Shown here piece after piece: positions 1 to 8,936 of a stretch of DNA of 64,000 nt (its first letter is position 1; the number at the start of each line of letters is the position of its first letter). A program made the translations under genes and the position numbers. The DNA lies in contig JBEKQU010000001.1 in assembly GCA_049519415.1 (NCBI GenBank), positions 9,384 to 73,383 of the forward strand, written 5' to 3'. Source of the DNA: Spirochaetia bacterium. GTDB lineage: Bacteria > Spirochaetota > Spirochaetia > SZUA-6 > Fen-1364. A model generated the notes under the pieces. The model was not told the origin of the DNA. It saw only the letters and a list, made by a program, of their open reading frames with translations, and made no database searches.

Positions 1-801
1 GCCGAACCCCAACAAGTGAAAAGCTTCCTGCTTTCCTGGCACGCGAACAGGACGCTCCTCGACGACGGCGCGGACACCTATTACCCCGCGTGGTATATCG
101 ACCACAAAAAAGGGTTCCAGAACCTTTCCGGGCCCGCGCAGGCGGGGCTGCGCGATCTTCTCTCCCGACGCCGCAAGGAATCGGAGGAGGATTGGGCGCG
201 CCGAGGCAGGAGCCTGCTCGCCGTGATTCAATCCGCCACGGACATGCTGGTCTGCGCTGAAGACCTTGGGGACGTGCCGAAATGCGTTCCCGTCGCGCTT
301 GCCGATCTTGGCATCCTCGGCCTGAAGATCGTTCGCTGGGCTCGGGAGTACGACGCGCCGGGGCAGCCGTTCATCCCGGCCGCGCGTTATCCCCGGCTCT
401 CCGTCTGCACGCCGTCAGTGCACGACACCTCCACCATCCGCGGATGGTGGGAGGAGGATCCGGCGGAACGGGAAATGTTCTACCCGTCCCTGGGCTCAGC
501 GGGAAAGTGCCCTGGGCGAATGACGCCGGAGCTGCTGCGCAGGATCATGGAGCGCTGCTGCTCCGCCGGCAGCATTCTCTGCATGTTCCAACTGCAGGAT
601 GTCCTGGACCTTGATGAAGGGCTGTGGGCGCACGACCCGAAGACGGACAGGATCAATGTGCCGGGCACGGTGAATGACCAAAACTGGACATGGCGCATGC
701 CGGTTCCCGTTCCGGACCTGTCCCGACGCGCGGCCCTCGCGGACCGGATCCGGGCCCTCACGCTCAGCCGCCGAAACCGGCCAGTAGGCGGCGTCGAATG
801 A
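1..801 (+). CDS. malQ: 4-alpha-glucanotransferase (amylomaltase), C-terminal part; the gene starts upstream of the window
   Basis: The translation (YYPAWYIDHKKGFQ...VRWAREYDAPGQPFIPAARYP...VHDTSTIRGWWEEDP) matches the conserved C-terminal half of GH77 amylomaltases. The frame is open from base 1 and its stop is at 799-801. Confidence 0.75.
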   Translation, partial: AEPQQVKSFLLSWHANRTLLDDGADTYYPAWYIDHKKGFQNLSGPAQAGLRDLLSRRRKESEEDWARRGRSLLAVIQSATDMLVCAEDLGDVPKCVPVALADLGILGLKIVRWAREYDAPGQPFIPAARYPRLSVCTPSVHDTSTIRGWWEEDPAEREMFYPSLGSAGKCPGRMTPELLRRIMERCCSAGSILCMFQLQDVLDLDEGLWAHDPKTDRINVPGTVNDQNWTWRMPVPVPDLSRRAALADRIRALTLSRRNRPVGGVE

Positions 802-3800
802 TGGCCGGACCCGTGCCCACCTACCATTTCCACGTGTCGCGAGCCGCGCGGGAGCGCTATCAGCTCTCCGGGAGCCTGTTCTCCACAACGGGGAACGTCG
901 TGTTCCTGGACCTGCATGAGGCGCGGCTTTTCACCCAGCGGATCAATGAAGCGCGCCTGGCTGCGGGCGCGCTGCCGCGGGATCTGCTTCGCGCGGGCGA
1001 CATGAACGCCATGGGACTGATCGACGAGATCCTGCACTACGTCGTCGGCCTGTACAGGAAAAGCGTCGATGCATCCGTGTTCTCCAAGGCGCTGGCGTTC
1101 GCCGAAAAGCGCGTGGGCAGGCCCGGGGTTGATGCCGCGCTGCAGCGTTTCATGGACGCGTTTCCGCCTTCCGCGGAAGGAGAGACCCCCGCGAGGGAAA
1201 TCGCGCTGGAAGAGATGCTCCTTCTGTCCCTGGCCAACGCGAACCCCGCATTTTCACCTTTTGCAGAGCTCTTTGACCACTCGATAATGGCAGGAACTGA
1301 GTACGGGCCGCTCATGGCGGCGCTCGGAGAGTTCTTCCAGGGCCAGCCCGTGTTCGGTCCCGACAACCAGGACCTGGTTGACATGCTGCAGAGCCCGGTG
1401 CGCGCGGCGCCTTTGTCCCTGGCGGGACAACTGGAATACATCCGCACCCGGTGGGCCGGGCTTCTCGGAGACCTCCTCCTGCGGCTGCTCACGGGCATCG
1501 ATCTCATCCATGAAGAGGAGAAGATGCGATTCGGCGGGTTCACTCCCGGGCCGCCCGAGGTCTATGAATATGTGAGCCAGGCCGCGGAGGTGGAGGCGTT
1601 CAGCGCGGACAGGGACTGGATGCCCCGGGCGGTGATGATCGCCAAGAACGCGCTGGTGTGGCTGGACCAGCTCTCCCGGGCGCACGGAAGAAAGATCCGC
1701 CGCCTGGACCAGGTGCCCGACGAGGAGCTGGACAGGCTGGCGCGGGCGGGGTTCACCGCCCTGTGGCTCATCGGGGTCTGGGAGCGCAGCAACGCCTCCC
1801 GCGAGATCAAGCACAGGATGGGAAACCCCGACGCGGAGGCCTCCGCATATTCGCTGTTCGATTACGTGGTGGCCGACGAGCTGGGCGGACAGCCGGCGCT
1901 GGAGATATTGAAGCAGCGCGCGTGGCAGCGGGGGATACGAATGGCCAGCGACATGGTGCCCAACCACACGGGCGTGGATTCCCGCTGGATGGCCGAGCAT
2001 CCCGAGCGGTTCCTCTCCTGGCCCCACCCGTGGCCGCCCTTTCCCGCGTACACCTTCAACGGCCCCAACATCTCCCGGACGCCGGGGCTCGGCGTGTATC
2101 TGGAGGACCACTACTGGGACAGGTCGGACGCCGCGGTGGTTTTCAAGCGCGTGGACCTTGCCACGGGAGATACGCGGCTGATCTACCATGGGAACGACGG
2201 CACCCACATGCCGTGGAACGACACGGCGCAGCTTGATTTCCTCAACCCCGAGACCCGGGAGGCGGTGATCCAGACCATCCTCCACGTGGCGCGCAGCTTC
2301 CCCATCATCCGGTTCGATGCCGCCATGACGCTGGCAAAGAAGCACTACCAGCGCCTCTGGTTCCCCGAGCCGGGGAGAGGCGGCGACATCCCTTCGCGCG
2401 CCGGCAACGGCATGAGCAGGCACGACTTCGACAAGGCCATGCCCGCGGAGTTCTGGCGCGAGGTGGTGGACCGGGTGGCGCGGGAGGCGCCGGACACGCT
2501 GCTTCTGGCCGAGGCGTTCTGGCTCCTGGAGGGCTTCTTCGTGCGCACCCTCGGCATGCACCGTGTGTACAACAGCGCCTTCATGCACATGCTGAAAAAT
2601 GAGGACAACGCGGGCTACCGCCAGACCATCCGCAACACGCTGGAGTTCGACCCCGAGGTGCTGAAGAGGTTCGTCAACTTCATGAGCAACCCGGACGAGC
2701 AGACCGCCATCGAGCAGTTCGGCGACGGAGACAAGTACTTTGGAGTGTGCACTTTGCTGGCCACCATGCCCGGCCTTCCCATGTTCGCGCACGGCCAGGT
2801 GGAGGGCCTGAAGGAAAAATACGGGATGGAGTTCCGCCGGGCGTACTGGAACGAGCCGCCACAAGCCGGTCTGGTGGCTCGGCATGAACGGGAGATCTTC
2901 CCCCTGCTCCGCCGCCGGCACATCTTTTGCGGCGTGGATAGCTTCCTCCTGTATGATTTCTGGCTGTCCGAGGGCGGCGTGAACGAGGACGTCTTCGCCT
3001 ATTCCAACAGGCGGGGGGATGAGCGCGGCCTGGTCTTGTACAACAACCGGTTTGCCGATACCCGGGGCTGGGTCCGCACTTCAGTCTCTTTTTCGCAAAG
3101 AACGGACTCCGGCAGGGCCCTGGCGCGGAAATGCCTCGGTGAAGGCCTTGCCGTGCCCAATGATCCCGGCGCGTTCCTTGTTTTCCGCGAATACCGTTCC
3201 GGCCTGCAGTACATCAGGAGCTGCCGCGAACTGTGGGAAAAGGGCCTGTACGCAGAGCTGGGCGCCTACGCGTGCCAGGTGTACCTCGACTTTTACGTGG
3301 TGAACGACGACGAGCAGGGCCGATGGTCGAACCTGGCGGTCGAGCTTTCCGGGCGTGGGGTGACGAGCATGGACGCCGCGCTGCGGGAGAGGGAGCTCAG
3401 GCCGGTCCGGGATCCGTTCGCGGCGCTCCTGTATCTGGATCATGACCCGGTTTCGGCTGACCAGGCGGTTCAGAGGTACGGCGATTTCCTGAGGGCTGCC
3501 GCGCGTTTCACCGCTACATCCCTTGACCAAGCCGCGCTCCTTAAGGACTTCACGGATCGGCTCCTGCCGCGTCCCAAGGGGAAAACCGCGGCACGCTCCA
3601 CCGGGGCTTCCCGCGCGGCGCGCCAGGCTGAGTCCCCCGCTGCACGGTCTGAATCACCCGCTGCTAAAAGCTTCCTCTGGCTCTGGACCATATTCAGGTC
3701 CCTTTGCGGCTCGGCCGCGGAAAAGAGCCCCGTGCTGGCTTGGATCGACGAATGGATGCTGGCGCCGATCATCCGCGACTTCCTGGTTCGATCCGGATGG

Positions 3801-4178
3801 GAAACCGGGTCCGCCGAAGCAGCCCCCGCGCTGCTGGCGCTTTCCCTGCGGGCAGAGCAGCTCACCGGCCCGCCCAAGGCCAGGGCGAAAAAGCAGCCCG
3901 CGCGCGCGGCCGCTGAAGCTCGGAAACAACCTCGCCGTGCGCCTCCCTTGTCACTCCCCTGGAAAGAGCTGTTCGCCGGCCCTGCGGCCGAGCGATCTCT
4001 CAATGTCCATTCTTTCAACGGAGTCCGCTGGCTCAACCGGGAGTCACTCGTCATGCTCGTGGAATGCCTGGACTCGATTTTCCGCGCTGAAAACCGCGGC
4101 ACGCTGAACGCTCAGCAGATCCTGGATGCGGCAGCGAACACGGGCTACCGGTGGGAGGAGTTCCTCGCGTCCCTGTGA
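798..4178 (+). CDS. Large multidomain GH13 (alpha-amylase family) protein. It has an N-terminal domain of unknown function, a GH13 catalytic core, and a C-terminal region containing Ala/Arg/Pro-rich low-complexity linkers.
   Basis: GH13 region I (DMVPNHTG) and flanking alpha-amylase-like blocks (GFTALWLIGVWE..., YHGNDGTHMPWNDTAQLDF). The ATG at 798 overlaps the malQ stop (ATGA). Third-position GC is high throughout. Confidence 0.65.
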   Translation: MMAGPVPTYHFHVSRAARERYQLSGSLFSTTGNVVFLDLHEARLFTQRINEARLAAGALPRDLLRAGDMNAMGLIDEILHYVVGLYRKSVDASVFSKALAFAEKRVGRPGVDAALQRFMDAFPPSAEGETPAREIALEEMLLLSLANANPAFSPFAELFDHSIMAGTEYGPLMAALGEFFQGQPVFGPDNQDLVDMLQSPVRAAPLSLAGQLEYIRTRWAGLLGDLLLRLLTGIDLIHEEEKMRFGGFTPGPPEVYEYVSQAAEVEAFSADRDWMPRAVMIAKNALVWLDQLSRAHGRKIRRLDQVPDEELDRLARAGFTALWLIGVWERSNASREIKHRMGNPDAEASAYSLFDYVVADELGGQPALEILKQRAWQRGIRMASDMVPNHTGVDSRWMAEHPERFLSWPHPWPPFPAYTFNGPNISRTPGLGVYLEDHYWDRSDAAVVFKRVDLATGDTRLIYHGNDGTHMPWNDTAQLDFLNPETREAVIQTILHVARSFPIIRFDAAMTLAKKHYQRLWFPEPGRGGDIPSRAGNGMSRHDFDKAMPAEFWREVVDRVAREAPDTLLLAEAFWLLEGFFVRTLGMHRVYNSAFMHMLKNEDNAGYRQTIRNTLEFDPEVLKRFVNFMSNPDEQTAIEQFGDGDKYFGVCTLLATMPGLPMFAHGQVEGLKEKYGMEFRRAYWNEPPQAGLVARHEREIFPLLRRRHIFCGVDSFLLYDFWLSEGGVNEDVFAYSNRRGDERGLVLYNNRFADTRGWVRTSVSFSQRTDSGRALARKCLGEGLAVPNDPGAFLVFREYRSGLQYIRSCRELWEKGLYAELGAYACQVYLDFYVVNDDEQGRWSNLAVELSGRGVTSMDAALRERELRPVRDPFAALLYLDHDPVSADQAVQRYGDFLRAAARFTATSLDQAALLKDFTDRLLPRPKGKTAARSTGASRAARQAESPAARSESPAAKSFLWLWTIFRSLCGSAAEKSPVLAWIDEWMLAPIIRDFLVRSGWETGSAEAAPALLALSLRAEQLTGPPKARAKKQPARAAAEARKQPRRAPPLSLPWKELFAGPAAERSLNVHSFNGVRWLNRESLVMLVECLDSIFRAENRGTLNAQQILDAAANTGYRWEEFLASL

Positions 4179-5338
4179 GCGTCCGGCATGCCCAGCACCG
4201 TCACGATGCTCGCCGCCGCTGCGGGGACGCCGATGAGGAAGGCCCATTGGTATCCCAGCGTGGCCCAGAGGATTCCGCCGACCAGCGGCATGGTGACGGA
4301 AGCAATGTGGTTTGCCGCAACGCCCATGCTGAGGGTGGGGCGATGCTCGCTTTTTGGCGCGATCTTGTTCACGTACGTGGTGAGGCCGGTGTTGAATACG
4401 AATGTCGCATTGTCCAGGATGTACACCGTGTAGAGAATGTATTTCCCCCTGAGAAAGGCGTACCCCAGAAACATCAGGGTGACGAAGGAATAGTAGAACA
4501 CCAGCACCTTCCGCTCGCCCACCCTGTCGATAAGCCTCCCTACCCGGGAAGAGGTGAAGTATCCAATAGCCTGGATGATGCCGGCCAGAACGAGGATTTC
4601 CATGAGTCCGGCGCCGTGCACCTTCACCAGCAGAAACCCGCCAAAAGCGATGGCAATCTGTTTCCGCCAGCCCTCGAGGAAATTCAACAGGTAGTACCGC
4701 TGGTAGCGCTTGCGGAAAACAAAGCTTGGCCCGGGCGCTTTCAGGTCCCGGGGGATTCCCATGCAGGCTGCCGCTGCCACCAGCGCGGCCGCGCCAATGA
4801 GGAGGTAGAGGTACCGAATCTTCACACCTATCAGCGTGAGGAGGAAGGCAATGAGAAGCCCCGCCGCTGATCCCAGGGCTCCGGCCGCGCCGATGCGTCC
4901 CAGCCGCGCCCCTGCCCTGCCCGGCTCTGCAAGCGCAAGGGTCATGGAGTTGGGCAGGGGGGTCCAGACATGGAAGCCCAGGCTCCATGTCACGCTGAGC
5001 AGCATCACGTATCGGTAGGTCGGCGCCACGGAGTAGGAGCCTATTCCCACGGCCACCAGCACGAGGAACAGGGAGGCGATCACCGGCTCCGCCAGTCCCG
5101 CCACAAGGACGAAGATTCCCAGCGCCGCGATGCCGCAGCTTTCCCGCACCGCCTCCAGCAATCCGGCCTGGAACCCGCTGATGCCGATCTCCCCGACCAG
5201 GAAGTTGCTGTTGAGGCCCGTCTGCAGGGTGATGGCCCCGCCCACCAGCGCTGATGCGCACGCGACGAAAAACAATCCGCGGCGCCTGTCCGTTTCGGTG
5301 ATCCGCGCGCTCAGGTGAACCAGGTCCGGCTCAGACAT
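4145..5338 (-). CDS. MFS-type transporter
   Basis: About 12 predicted hydrophobic helices and Gly-rich loops typical of major facilitator proteins. The 397-aa ORF overlaps the upstream lipid kinase gene by 8 nt. Confidence 0.7.
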   Translation of the reverse strand: MSEPDLVHLSARITETDRRRGLFFVACASALVGGAITLQTGLNSNFLVGEIGISGFQAGLLEAVRESCGIAALGIFVLVAGLAEPVIASLFLVLVAVGIGSYSVAPTYRYVMLLSVTWSLGFHVWTPLPNSMTLALAEPGRAGARLGRIGAAGALGSAAGLLIAFLLTLIGVKIRYLYLLIGAAALVAAAACMGIPRDLKAPGPSFVFRKRYQRYYLLNFLEGWRKQIAIAFGGFLLVKVHGAGLMEILVLAGIIQAIGYFTSSRVGRLIDRVGERKVLVFYYSFVTLMFLGYAFLRGKYILYTVYILDNATFVFNTGLTTYVNKIAPKSEHRPTLSMGVAANHIASVTMPLVGGILWATLGYQWAFLIGVPAAAASIVTVLGMPDAHRDARNSSHR

Positions 5339-6392
5339 GCTGGGAACGGAGAACCTTGATCCGGGGAGAGAGCACGTGAATGGACAAGGGGAAGCTCTCC
5401 GGGCCCAGCCACGTCAGCTCGCCGTCAAGCTGCATGGGAATCCGGCTCTTGTAATCGATATCCACCCGTGAAGCGGTGAAGAATCGTACTTGGGGCAGCT
5501 CCCCATGCCTCCCCAGATAGAAGAGCTTCTTGTTGCGGATCTTGTCCAGAACGCCCATCCCCTCGACCACGCACACATTTTCCCTGCCGGGAAGCACGGG
5601 CATGTGCCCTCCGTACGTCCGGGCGCCGCTGATCCCCACCACCACCATGGAGGGCAGGAACGAATCGATCCGGGTCTCTTTTCCCTCGCCATGGATCCGT
5701 ATGTTCATGGGCTGCGGCCGGACCCTCTGCTCGTAGAAGAGGGAGCCGATGTCCACCATGAACTTGTAGGCGTCCCCGGGAATGATGCGCTTGAACCGGT
5801 TGGTAAGTCCGACGATGTAGGCGTCCAGGCCGATGCTGCCCACATTGAACGAATAGCGGGGGGGAGAGCCGGCGCACGCCACCTGCAGCGCGCCGGTCCT
5901 CACGGTCCGCTGGGGACCCAGGATCAGGTCATACGCCTCGGCGAATGTCGGAGCATCAGCAACGTCGTTCCCGGTGCCCAGGGGAAGGCGCAGCAGCTTC
6001 AACCGGTCCAGGAGCGCTTTGTCCGCGTCCACCAGGGCCGTGCAGATCTCATTGCCCGTGCCGTCCCCCCCGCAGCCGATCAGGAGGTGTTCGATTCCGG
6101 TGCCGGCCCTCTCTTCCGCGTCCAGAATGTGCTCCGTGATGAGCCGGGCGTGGCCGGGGTGTTCGGTGACGTGCACGGTATTGATCTCCACTTTCCGTCG
6201 AGGCGCTCGCTCACGGAGGTCGGCGAGCTTCTGTTCCAGCTCCATGATCAACCGGTTCAGCGTTGACTGCCTCTTGAAAAAGCCCGCGTGGGGATTGACG
6301 ATCACGTCCACGATCAGGGGAGGCTGTTCGTGCGAATGGGAGTATTTCGTCAGCTCGGAAACCCCGTTGGCATACGTGGTGATAGGGTCCAT
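5331..6392 (-). CDS. Diacylglycerol kinase catalytic-domain family lipid kinase (YegS/DgkA-like)
   Basis: DAGK_cat signature LLIGCGGDGTGNE and surrounding conserved blocks; 353 aa. Confidence 0.7.
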   Translation of the reverse strand: MDPITTYANGVSELTKYSHSHEQPPLIVDVIVNPHAGFFKRQSTLNRLIMELEQKLADLRERAPRRKVEINTVHVTEHPGHARLITEHILDAEERAGTGIEHLLIGCGGDGTGNEICTALVDADKALLDRLKLLRLPLGTGNDVADAPTFAEAYDLILGPQRTVRTGALQVACAGSPPRYSFNVGSIGLDAYIVGLTNRFKRIIPGDAYKFMVDIGSLFYEQRVRPQPMNIRIHGEGKETRIDSFLPSMVVVGISGARTYGGHMPVLPGRENVCVVEGMGVLDKIRNKKLFYLGRHGELPQVRFFTASRVDIDYKSRIPMQLDGELTWLGPESFPLSIHVLSPRIKVLRSQHV

Positions 6393-6407
6393 GCGTGGTC
6401 CTTTCCC

Positions 6408-7007
6408 TCAGTCCTCGGAGCGAAGCGCCGCCATGACGCGGCGGGCTGCCCTTCCCCTGTGTGAAATCGCGTCTTTCTCATGGTTCGGAAGCTCGGCAAT
6501 GGTTTTCCCCCGGTCAGGGAGCACGAAAAGCGGATCATAGCCGAATCCATTCTCACCCCGGGGCTCGTGAGCAATGCTCCCGTGCACGGTTTCCTGGGCT
6601 GCCAGCCACCGGGCCTCTCCCAGGATGAGCACGATGCAGCACACGAAGTACGCCTCCCGGTCGCTTATCCCTTTCATCAGGTTGAGAAGGTAGGCGTTGC
6701 GCCGCGGGGCGTCCAGCGGCGCGCCGTCGGGCCCTGCTCCGAACCGGGAGGAGAGGATGCCCGGCTTTCCGCCGAGCGATCTGACGCACAGCCCCGAATC
6801 ATCCGCGATCACCGGCCTGCGCGCGGCCTGAAACAGCGCCATCGCCTTCCCCTGGGCGTTCGCCAGGAAGGTCTCCCCGTTCTCCTCGAAATCGAACCCG
6901 ACCCCGATGTCCCGGGGAGTAAGCAGGGAGACGCCGGGAAACAGCCGCAGGAACTCCCGGCGCTTGTGATCATTGTTCGATGCAAATAGAATTTCCGTTG
7001 CCATCAT
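6408..7007 (-). CDS. rdgB: RdgB/HAM1 non-canonical purine NTP pyrophosphatase
   Basis: LFASNNDHKRREF...DSGLCV...FGYDPLF motifs diagnostic of dITP/XTP pyrophosphatase; 199 aa. Its start overlaps the stop of the sigma factor gene. Confidence 0.8.
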   Translation of the reverse strand: MMATEILFASNNDHKRREFLRLFPGVSLLTPRDIGVGFDFEENGETFLANAQGKAMALFQAARRPVIADDSGLCVRSLGGKPGILSSRFGAGPDGAPLDAPRRNAYLLNLMKGISDREAYFVCCIVLILGEARWLAAQETVHGSIAHEPRGENGFGYDPLFVLPDRGKTIAELPNHEKDAISHRGRAARRVMAALRSED

Positions 7008-7864
7008 GCGGACCTGAGGTTGTCGGGATCATATACCGAGGCGAGTTTTCTCTTCAACCAGTACAAACCGGAGTCCACCGTGCCCTTGGGCACGCCCAGC
7101 GCCCGCGCGATCTCAAGATTTGTAGGGGCAAGGCCCACCCGCGCCATGCGCTGAACCGCGGATCTCATCCTTCGGCGCGCTCTGGCCAGCGCTGCATCCA
7201 GCATATCGCGGCGGCGCGGATCGCTCTCGTGCTGAAGCTCAGTTTCGAGCAGCCTTGCTCGCGAAAACGCCTTATTGCGCCTGCAGCGAAACGTTTCCAG
7301 CCGGGCTTCCCTATCAGAGCGCACTTCCCGAAGGCCGGCCGCGAGGGAGAGCAGCGCCTCCGGCGCAATTCCGGCAATCGCCGCAAGGGGTTTTGCGTTC
7401 TCCTGGTCGATCATGCGCGAGCATTTGAGAGAGAGGAACAGAAAGTTCCTCCTCTCGGCAGGGCTTTGTATGAATTGGGCAAAGTGAAGTGCCCCCGGAA
7501 GCGCATCCACGGCCGGCCCGGCAGCGATCTGCTCATCCGGGACGGTCGTGTCGCCGGGCTCCATGCGGAGGGAGACGCTCCACGCCCTCTCGCCCCGCTT
7601 CCGCTCCCGCGCAAAGTTGCGAAGCTGCCAGTTCAGCACCGCCCACAGGTACGATTCAAAGGGCTTGCCCTGGTCGCGAAACCGGTCGAGCAGGCGGATC
7701 AGCCGGGGGTGTATGAATACGTAGAACTCCCCGCATGCATCCTCGTCCCAGCCCATCTTCCGGCGGGGAAACTGGTAGACGCGCGGAGCAAGCTCGGTAA
7801 CGATTTCCCGCAGGCCCTCGCGCGTTTTCTGATACTGCAGCACTTTCTCCGTGAGACTTTCCAT
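7004..7864 (-). CDS. ECF-type sigma-70 family factor with an unusually long sigma2-sigma4 linker
   Basis: Region-2-like block (FESYLWAVLNWQLRNFARERKR) and a C-terminal region-4 helix-turn-helix (PTNLEIARALGVPKGTVDSGLYWLKRKL). Start chosen at MESLTEK, which is preceded by an AGGAGGAAGGA ribosome-binding site. About 120 aa separate region 2 from region 4. Confidence 0.55.
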   Translation of the reverse strand: MESLTEKVLQYQKTREGLREIVTELAPRVYQFPRRKMGWDEDACGEFYVFIHPRLIRLLDRFRDQGKPFESYLWAVLNWQLRNFARERKRGERAWSVSLRMEPGDTTVPDEQIAAGPAVDALPGALHFAQFIQSPAERRNFLFLSLKCSRMIDQENAKPLAAIAGIAPEALLSLAAGLREVRSDREARLETFRCRRNKAFSRARLLETELQHESDPRRRDMLDAALARARRRMRSAVQRMARVGLAPTNLEIARALGVPKGTVDSGLYWLKRKLASVYDPDNLRSA

Positions 7865-7962
7865 TCCTTCCTCCTTGAATATCTGGCAGGGAGGAAAGAG
7901 CAAACCGCGTGCCAGGAAGGAAGGGCTGGGAAGGGATCAAAGAAGCGATTCTTTACATTCGT

Positions 7963-8931
7963 TTACATTTCAGCTAGAAGGGCTGAGAGAGCATCGATCA
8001 CGGTCCGCTTCACGGAGTCCAGAGTTCCGTTGATATCGAAGCCGGACGCCTGCCGATGCCCCCCGCCGCCAAAGGAAGCAGCGATGACTCCCACGTCCAG
8101 GGCCGCGGTCGACCTCAGCCCCACGGAGAAGACGCCCTCCGCCTCCTCCTTGATCAGCGCCACGACAACGTTCCCCATGATGGTCTGCAGAAGCCGGTAC
8201 AGGTCATCATCGCCCCTTTGGCGGACGGAAAGCCGTTGCCTGTCAGCCATGGTCTGCCATGTCAGGAGCAGCCGGTCGCCCCAATGGCTCTCTGTCCGGG
8301 CAAGCATTTCCGCCAAGAGCTTCCGCGATGAAAGCTCCCGCCTGCCGTACACCATCATGTAGACTTCCGCGGTGGACGTGCCGCATTCCGCAAGCCGGGA
8401 AACGGCGCGAAAAGTGTCTACGCTGTTCTGGCTCAGATGACGGAAAAAACCCGTGTCGGTGCACAGGCCGAAGAGGAGAAGCCGGGCCGTCTCGGGATCC
8501 GGGCGAATGCCCGTGTCTTCCAGGAGCTGGAGGATCAGCATGGTCGCGGCGGGCGCCGACGCATCCACCAGTCGGGCATCTCCGAATGAACTGCCCGAGG
8601 AGTGATGGTCGATCACCAGGCAGGGCAGCCCGGCCACCCTTGCGCCAAGCTGCCCCGTACGGTCGGGCGTGGAGCAGTCCACAATGAGCGCCGCCGCTCC
8701 GCTCCGGCGCTCGTCCGTGATCGCAGACGCGAAAGCCTCCGCAAACGCGGCGATCTCGGGCCGGTCAAAAGGACCGACCGAATGCAGCGTGGCCTCTTTT
8801 CCCAGCGCGCGCAGCAGCGTTGCCGCGGTAATCTGCGATGCCACGCAGTCCCCGTCCGGCTCCTTGTGGCCGATCACAATAAAGGAGGAATGGGACTGGA
8901 TGAAGCGAAGCGCGTCGCGCGTATCGTACAC
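7963..8931 (-). CDS. nrnA: DHH-family phosphoesterase, NrnA-like (oligoribonuclease / pAp phosphatase)
   Basis: DHH motifs (IGHKEPDGDCVAS, LVIDHHSS) and a DHHA1-like C-terminus (GGGGH); 322 aa. Confidence 0.7.
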   Translation of the reverse strand: MYDTRDALRFIQSHSSFIVIGHKEPDGDCVASQITAATLLRALGKEATLHSVGPFDRPEIAAFAEAFASAITDERRSGAAALIVDCSTPDRTGQLGARVAGLPCLVIDHHSSGSSFGDARLVDASAPAATMLILQLLEDTGIRPDPETARLLLFGLCTDTGFFRHLSQNSVDTFRAVSRLAECGTSTAEVYMMVYGRRELSSRKLLAEMLARTESHWGDRLLLTWQTMADRQRLSVRQRGDDDLYRLLQTIMGNVVVALIKEEAEGVFSVGLRSTAALDVGVIAASFGGGGHRQASGFDINGTLDSVKRTVIDALSALLAEM

Positions 8932-8936
8932 GGGCC

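Noticed and set aside
1254-2921. 555-aa minus-strand ORF antisense to the GH13 gene
   Set aside because: Its composition is Arg/Pro/His/Gly-rich and low-complexity, which is typical of antisense frames in high-GC DNA. The sense strand has a clear GH13 match.
4044-5261. 405-aa alternate-frame ORF over the MFS transporter gene
   Set aside because: Gly/Arg/Pro low-complexity sequence. The MFS frame shows a coherent TM-helix pattern.
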